NCBI GenBank assembly: GCA_023382715.1
Contig: JAHDWP010000003.1
Span: forward strand, 64,370 to 128,369
Length of the DNA stretch: 64,000 nt
DNA from: Anaerolineae bacterium
GTDB lineage: Bacteria > Chloroflexota > Anaerolineae > Aggregatilineales > Aggregatilineaceae
Direction: 5' to 3'
Positions 58,978 to 64,000 of this stretch are shown here, in pieces. Position numbers and translations under genes: made by a program. How positions within the stretch are numbered: the first letter of the stretch is position 1; the number at the start of each line of letters is the position of its first letter. Under the pieces are notes generated by a model. The model had not been told where the DNA came from. It saw only the letters and a list, made by a program, of their open reading frames with translations, and did not search any database.

Positions 58978-60111
58978 TTAGCCGGCCCTGCTCTGCGAGA
59001 TACGCCGCACGCCGGCGAGGAACGACTCAAACCCCGGCTTGGGATCGCCAGCGGTCGTGTACAGGCCCAGGCTGCACAGGTATTCGTGGAATCGCGGCCA
59101 GGCCAGGCCGTAGTACTCGGTGTACATGTCGCACTCGGCGGTGGACCAGTCGGCCAGCATGAAGTACGACATGAAGCGAATGTCCGGCTGCTCACCGAGC
59201 GCCCGGAAGACGTTTTCCACGAAGCTCTTCTGTTTGTCCACCGAGCTGCCATTGGACGGTTCTGGCAGATACCCGGACGGATAGCCGACTTCCTGCAGCA
59301 GCACGGGCTTGCCACCGGCCACAGCGACCATCGCCGCGAAGTCATCCGCCACGACCGCTGGATCGCGCACAGAGAAGTCGTCGTTGAGCGGGTAGTAGGT
59401 GAATGCTGCCGCGTCACTGGCCGCCAACACCTGCGGCACCAGCGGCAGCCTGTCGCGCACACCGCTATAGGTGATCGTCGCGCCCACGCCCATCCCCGGC
59501 GCGAGTTCCTGGACGTGTGCCCGCGCTGCCTCTATGAAATTGAGGAACGGCTGCACTTCGCCGGGATGCGATCTCAGCCAGACATCAATCTCATTGCCCA
59601 CTGAGATGAAAAATCCCCGGTGATCTGCCAGCAGCGGGACGATCGTATCCAGCAGGGCATTGAACCGCGCGATGATCGCCGGATCGTCGAAATGGCGTCC
59701 TTGCGCCAGGTTGCCGGACGAATCCAGCAGGTCAGCGGGCAGGGCGAGCTTCACCGTATCAATCGTCTGGAAGACGAAATACGGCTTCATGTTCAGAATA
59801 TCGAGAATGGCGAGGTACTGCTCCAGCAGCGCGGTGTCGTGCTGGCCGGGCGTGGGTTCGAGCGCCGACCAGAAGAACGAGAGCGCGATCGAGTTCACCC
59901 CGGCCTCAACCGTCCGCCGGTACACCGCATCGAGAGTCTCTTTCGCTTCTGGCGCTGCGTCCGCATACACAAGCCCCAGATGCGTCCCCGGTTCGAGGCG
60001 TGGCAGTGGATCGCCCTGGCCCTGCGCCAGGCCAAACGGGGCGGCCAGGGCGTATCCCAACACGGCCACCAGCACGACTCGCGCCAGGTGATAAGCAACT
60101 CTCGACATCAC
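58978..60111 (-). CDS. secreted or membrane-anchored clan GH-A (TIM-barrel) glycoside hydrolase-like protein
   Basis: N-terminal hydrophobic anchor. FFWSALEP, an acid/base-like VGNEID and a nucleophile-like LLQEVGYP are spaced as in GH5-type enzymes. Family not assignable by eye. Confidence 0.6.
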   Translation of the reverse strand: MMSRVAYHLARVVLVAVLGYALAAPFGLAQGQGDPLPRLEPGTHLGLVYADAAPEAKETLDAVYRRTVEAGVNSIALSFFWSALEPTPGQHDTALLEQYLAILDILNMKPYFVFQTIDTVKLALPADLLDSSGNLAQGRHFDDPAIIARFNALLDTIVPLLADHRGFFISVGNEIDVWLRSHPGEVQPFLNFIEAARAHVQELAPGMGVGATITYSGVRDRLPLVPQVLAASDAAAFTYYPLNDDFSVRDPAVVADDFAAMVAVAGGKPVLLQEVGYPSGYLPEPSNGSSVDKQKSFVENVFRALGEQPDIRFMSYFMLADWSTAECDMYTEYYGLAWPRFHEYLCSLGLYTTAGDPKPGFESFLAGVRRISQSRAG

Positions 60112-60152
60112 GCGACTTCCGCGCGCGGAGCTTCAGCAGGACGTCGTCCCGC

Positions 60153-60785
60153 TCACGCGCCAACCAGCTCTTTGGCCTTGCGCACCGCCGCCGAAGCGTC
60201 CGAAGCGTAGCCATCAGCGCCGATTTCATCGGCGTAGGCCTGGGTCACCGGTGCGCCGCCGACAAGAACGACGACCTTGTCGCGCAGCCCGGCGGCTTTC
60301 AGCGCCTCGATGGTTGATTTCATGTTGGGCATGGTTGTGGTCAGCAGGGCAGACATAGCCACGATCTGCGCGCCCTTCTGAATCTCTGCGACGAACTTCT
60401 CCGGCGCGACATCCACGCCCAGGTTGACGATCTCAAACCCGGCGCCTTCAAGCATCATCGCCACCAGTGATTTGCCGATGTCGTGCAGGTCTCCCTTGAC
60501 CGTACCAATGGCAACCTTGCCGATTGGCTCGACGCCCTTCTCTACCAGCAGCGGCCTGAGCAATTCCAGCGCCGCCGACATGGCCCGCGCCGCGATGAGC
60601 ATTTCCGGCACGAAGTACTCGCCCTCTTCGAACAGACGACCCACTTCGCCCATCGCGTCAATCAGGCCCTCACGCAGAATCACATCCGGGTCCATCCCCT
60701 CAGCGAGCGCCTGCTCAACCTTCGGCACAGCAACTTTAGCCTGCCCATCAATCACAGCTTGGCGAATCTCTTGAATCAACGACAT
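60153..60785 (-). CDS. corrinoid (cobalamin-binding) protein, MtbC/MtaC-like
   Basis: 210 aa from ATG 60785. Helical cap plus Rossmann domain with the lower-ligand motif GDLHDIGK, SALLTTT and GGAPV. Confidence 0.85.
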   Translation of the reverse strand: MSLIQEIRQAVIDGQAKVAVPKVEQALAEGMDPDVILREGLIDAMGEVGRLFEEGEYFVPEMLIAARAMSAALELLRPLLVEKGVEPIGKVAIGTVKGDLHDIGKSLVAMMLEGAGFEIVNLGVDVAPEKFVAEIQKGAQIVAMSALLTTTMPNMKSTIEALKAAGLRDKVVVLVGGAPVTQAYADEIGADGYASDASAAVRKAKELVGA

Positions 60786-61150
60786 TTTGCACATGCTCCT
60801 TTTCGCCCAGGTCATCCCGCGTCTGGAAGCCTGACCACTAAGCACCCGTATGCGGCGCCGGCACAATGAAGCGCGACTACAGGGAGCTGGCAACCCTGAG
60901 TCGCAACACTAGAACAATGATAGTCGAAATCCCTGTGGCGTACCAGTACCCAGTTGGCCCCACGCGGCGCGATCCAGGGCAGCCTGGCCTCACCCCCAGC
61001 CTCATTATGCCCGGCCCGCTGCCCTGCCCGATCGGTTTTTCCGCGCGCCCTCATTACCGCTGCACGCCCAAAAGCGGTATCCTTGTCCAAGCCAATGCTG
61101 AGGGTCTGGGGCTGAGGGCTGAATGCTGAACGCTGCTAAAGGAGGTTGCT

Positions 61151-62122
61151 ATGCAATACCGCAGATTTGGACGCACCGGCTGGCAGGTGAGCGAGATCGG
61201 CTATGGCATGTGGGGCATGGCCGGCTGGACAGGCTACGATGATCAGGAATCGCTGGAATCGCTGGAGCGATCGGTCGCCCTGGGCTGCAACTTCTTCGAC
61301 ACGGCGTGGGACTATGGTAAGGGCCACAGCGAGAAGCTGCTCGGCCAGTTGGTGCGTGCCCACCCCGGCCAGAAGCTCTACACCGCCAGCAAGATTCCCC
61401 CCAAGAACTCCAAGTGGCCGTCGCGCCGGGGCTACACACTCGATGAGTGCTTCCCGCCCGATCACATCCAGGAATACACCGAAAAGAGCCTGCAGAACCT
61501 GGGCCTGGAGAGCATGGACCTGATCCAGTTCCACGTGTGGGAAGACGCCTGGGCGCACGACGAGCGCTGGCAGCGGGCCATTGACGATCTCAAGCGCCAG
61601 GGGCTGATCCAGGCGGTGGGTATCAGTATCAATCGCTGGGAGCCGTGGAACAGTCTGGAATCGCTGCGCACCGGCCTGGTGGACGCCGTACAGGTCATCT
61701 ACAACATCTTCGACCAGGCCCCCGAAGACCAGCTTTTCCCCGTGTGCGTCGAGCAGGATGTGGCCGTCATCGCCCGCGTGCCCTTCGACGAGGGCACGCT
61801 GACCGGCACGCTGACCAAAGAAAGCACCTGGCCGGCGGGCGACTGGCGCAACTCCTACTTCGTGCCGGAGAACCTGCACGCTTCCGTCGAGCGGGCCGAG
61901 GCGCTGCGCCCGCTCATCCCGGCGGGCATGACCATGCCAGAGCTGGCGCTGCGCTTCTGCCTGGCCCACCCGACGGTGAGCACGGTCATCCCCGGCATGC
62001 GCAAGCTGCGCCATGTGGAAGCCAACATCGCCGCCAGCGATGGCCACGCGCTGCCCGCAGACCTGTTCAAGAAGCTGCGCGAGCACCGCTGGGATCGCGT
62101 GCCGACGGAATGGTCGCAGTGA
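61151..62122 (+). CDS. aldo/keto reductase
   Basis: MQYRRFGRTGWQVSEIGYGMWG N-terminus, FFDTAWDYG, and the overall AKR pattern. Confidence 0.92.
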   Translation: MQYRRFGRTGWQVSEIGYGMWGMAGWTGYDDQESLESLERSVALGCNFFDTAWDYGKGHSEKLLGQLVRAHPGQKLYTASKIPPKNSKWPSRRGYTLDECFPPDHIQEYTEKSLQNLGLESMDLIQFHVWEDAWAHDERWQRAIDDLKRQGLIQAVGISINRWEPWNSLESLRTGLVDAVQVIYNIFDQAPEDQLFPVCVEQDVAVIARVPFDEGTLTGTLTKESTWPAGDWRNSYFVPENLHASVERAEALRPLIPAGMTMPELALRFCLAHPTVSTVIPGMRKLRHVEANIAASDGHALPADLFKKLREHRWDRVPTEWSQ

Positions 62123-62167
62123 GCGCGCAGCCTGGTTTCCGGCTGGGCGGTGCAGTGGGCGCGTTAG

Positions 62168-62212
62168 GCCTCACCCCCTAAATCCCCCTCTCCAGCCGAG
62201 TTGGAGAGGGGG
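62168..62212. repeat. family B repeat, left arm plus inner hairpin only
   Basis: GCCTCACCCCC...CCCCCTCTCCA-gccgagt-TGGAGAGGGGG. Confidence 0.8.
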
Positions 62213-62242
62213 ACTTCAAGCGCAAGTCCGTATGATGACTCT

Positions 62243-62269
62243 CGTAGGGGCGTATACAATACACCCCTG
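62243..62269. repeat. family D repeat (degenerate)
   Basis: GTAGGGGCGTATACAATACACCCCTGC. Confidence 0.7.
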
Positions 62270-62272
62270 CCA

Positions 62273-62304
62273 AGACTTCCGAAGTTTTCGAAAACTTCGG
62301 AAGT
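62273..62304. repeat. family A palindromic repeat, 32-nt perfect palindrome
   Basis: Identical to 32737-32768. Lies between convergent genes. Confidence 0.92.
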
Positions 62305-62357
62305 CTGTTTCGGGCCGAGCGCGGCGGCACAGCGCCCCGACGCCCGGCCACACCTGG

Positions 62358-63395
62358 TCACGCCCGCCGCAGCAGGTGCGCCAGGATCAGCCGATCCAGC
62401 TCCTCGTAGTCGCGCGCGGCGATGCACTCCTGCACGGCGGCGCGATCCAGGCTCCGCACGCGCTCGACCAGCCACAGGAACGTCTCCAGGCTGTTGCGCA
62501 GATGCTTTTCGGCGACTTCGGCCTTCTGCGTGCGCAGCGCCTTCACGTCCAGCCCGACGATGCCCGTCTCGTAGTACTTGTGATCGTCCAGCACCAGCAC
62601 CTGGTCGAAGGCCCGGCGCAGATTCACCGCGCCGAACGAGCGATCCTGGTCGAACTTGAGGCTGTTCTGGTCGTTGAGGTGCACGCTCCATAGCTTGCCA
62701 TAGGCCAGCCCGAAGGCCATCTCGTCGGCAGGGTCGAGGCCGGCCAGGATCGCGTGCGCGGATTCTACCAGGACGCCGACGCGGGCCGGGTCTTTGGTCT
62801 TGAAGCTGAGCGCGACGGCATGGCCGATAGTGGGAATATAGGCCAGGTCCATCGGCTCGTTGGGCTTCGGCTCGACGACAAAGCGCATACCCGGCGCATA
62901 GTCGAGCATGTCGTCAAGGGCCTCGACGAGCAGGTCAACGGCGCGGACGGCGTCCTTCGCCTCGCGCAGGTAGGTGCCTTCGCGGGCCAGCCACAGCACG
63001 ACCAGGTCAGTGCCCAGCGCCTGGGCGATGTCGAGCATCTTGTGCGAGCGCGCGCGGGCGTAGGCGCGCGCCGCCGGGTCGTTGGCCGTGTACGCGCCGT
63101 CAATGGTCATGGGGTGTTCCCACAGGCGCGGCGCGACGAACTCCGCCGCCAGCCCCATCCCGTCGAGCTTCGCCTTGAGAGCGCGCGCCTCTGCCACGAT
63201 CTGCGCGGCGCTCTTGTTGTCCAGGTCGGGCACGGCGTCGTCATCATGAAACTGCACCGCGTCGAAGCCCAGGCGCTGGTATGCTTCCAGCTTCCTGTCG
63301 AAGGGGACGGTCGGGCGGACGGGCGGCCCGAACGGATCGGCCCCTTCGTGGATGTTCCAGGGGCCGAAGGAGAAGCGATAACCGTACTTTTCCAT
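62358..63395 (-). CDS. divergent xylose isomerase-like sugar isomerase (XylA paralog)
   Basis: AGGAG precedes ATG 63395. FSFGPWN, FHDDD, EPKPNEP, VESAHAILAG and HLNDQ parallel the XylA catalytic and metal motifs, but the rest diverges from the xylA at 56179. Confidence 0.75.
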   Translation of the reverse strand: MEKYGYRFSFGPWNIHEGADPFGPPVRPTVPFDRKLEAYQRLGFDAVQFHDDDAVPDLDNKSAAQIVAEARALKAKLDGMGLAAEFVAPRLWEHPMTIDGAYTANDPAARAYARARSHKMLDIAQALGTDLVVLWLAREGTYLREAKDAVRAVDLLVEALDDMLDYAPGMRFVVEPKPNEPMDLAYIPTIGHAVALSFKTKDPARVGVLVESAHAILAGLDPADEMAFGLAYGKLWSVHLNDQNSLKFDQDRSFGAVNLRRAFDQVLVLDDHKYYETGIVGLDVKALRTQKAEVAEKHLRNSLETFLWLVERVRSLDRAAVQECIAARDYEELDRLILAHLLRRA

Positions 63396-63587
63396 AAGAC
63401 TCACTCCTGTGTAGTTTTCAGCGATCAGCTTGCAGCGACAAGCGCGGCGCAAACGCGCCGAAGGTCCTGCCTGCCTGTACTCTATGCCAACGCGCAGGAA
63501 ACGACAAGCGTCAGAGTGGTCTGTGCCGATCGTCAGCCGCCCGGTAGACGCGGGTCTCGCAGGGGCGCATGGCGACATGCCTCTGCG

Positions 63588-63609
63588 GAGGCGCAGCAGA
63601 GCGCCCCCC
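63588..63609. repeat. family E GC hairpin repeat
   Basis: GGAGGCGCAGCAGAGCGCCCCCC. Confidence 0.65.
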
Positions 63610-63634
63610 TAACGACCAGGTCTTGCGCGCGCGC

Positions 63635-64000
63635 TCAGGACGCACCCACACCGCGCCCGGCCAGCCAGGCCCGCGCCCGCGCGATCTGCTCGCGCACCTC
63701 GCCCGTCCCGCCGAAGGCCGCTCGGCGCGCCACCGCCGCGTCGAAGTCGAAGACCTGCGCCACGTCCGGGCCGAAGGCGTCGGAGAGCGCCCGGTAATCG
63801 TCTGCCGTCAGCGCGGAGAGCGGCACGCCCTTCGTCTCTGCCAGCCGGACGGCCTGCCCGGCCAGCCCGTGTGCCTGGCGAAAGGGCACCCCGCGCCCCA
63901 CCAGGTAGTCGGCCAGGTCGGTGGCCAGCAGCCCTTCGTCGAGGGCGGCGCGCATCCGCTCCGGCACCAGCGCCAGCGCGCCGATCAGCCCGCTCAGCGG
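63635..64000 (-). CDS. argH: argininosuccinate lyase, C-terminal fragment (5' end beyond the window)
   Basis: Frame is open to the window edge. LATDLADYLVGRGVPFRQAHGLAGQAVRLAE is typical of the ArgH C-terminal domain. Confidence 0.85.
   Translation of the reverse strand, partial: PLSGLIGALALVPERMRAALDEGLLATDLADYLVGRGVPFRQAHGLAGQAVRLAETKGVPLSALTADDYRALSDAFGPDVAQVFDFDAAVARRAAFGGTGEVREQIARARAWLAGRGVGAS

Noticed and set aside
60786-61010. Cobalamin riboswitch upstream of the corrinoid protein gene
   Set aside because: Scattered similarities only. I could not find the conserved GGGAA core or the B12-box in canonical form, so it is kept as a testable note in the findings and not annotated as a feature.

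Overview
GC-rich bacterial chromosomal segment (by eye roughly two-thirds G+C; not computed). Gene content and intergenic repeat style resemble filamentous Chloroflexota, but the taxon cannot be established from this sequence alone. About 55 credible CDS. I found no rRNA or tRNA, no CRISPR array, and no transposase or integrase. Layout: (1) 1-8.7 kb, branched-chain amino-acid operon ilvB(partial)-ilvN-ilvC-leuA-leuC-leuD-cimA-leuB. (2) 9.0-14.3 kb, BMP-family ABC transporter (2 permeases, binding protein, duplicated ATPase). (3) 14.3-18.1 kb, recO-cdd, a metallophosphoesterase, a glycerophosphodiester phosphodiesterase and a NYN/YacP-like protein. (4) 18.5-24.5 kb, minus-strand envelope cluster: TolB-like beta-propeller, OmpR-type response regulator, histidine kinase, and a protease-less triple-PDZ protein. 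(5) 24.9-29.6 kb, FmdB zinc-ribbon protein, ABC-F ATPase, M20 peptidase, cyclophilin. (6) 29.8-33.4 kb, an orphan double-FtsX permease and a small low-GC islet. (7) 33.5-42.6 kb, minus-strand GH18/GH3 amino-sugar glycan operon with a CUT1 transporter, ending in a ROK regulator coupled to an HTH-less LacI-type ligand-binding protein. (8) 43.3-58.9 kb, plus-strand ROK-controlled sugar locus: binding protein, 2 permeases, 2 MalK-like ATPases, ketose 3-epimerase-family enzyme, 2 Gfo/Idh/MocA dehydrogenases, a further TIM-barrel isomerase-like protein, an unclassifiable membrane protein, xylA and xylB. (9) 59-64 kb, clan GH-A hydrolase-like protein, orphan corrinoid (B12-binding) protein, aldo/keto reductase, a divergent XylA-like isomerase and argH (partial). 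Nearly every larger intergenic gap carries members of at least five families of GC-rich palindromic repeats, often stacked into composite arrays. Several genes have recognisable extended -10 (TGnTAnnnT) promoters. The best candidates for something undescribed are the split ROK/LacI-core regulator pair, the dehydrogenase/TIM-barrel sugar-conversion module, the repeat system, the low-GC islet with convergent promoters over small hydrophobic ORFs, and the PDZ/two-component/propeller cluster. All functional calls come from motif recognition by eye. No database search was run.
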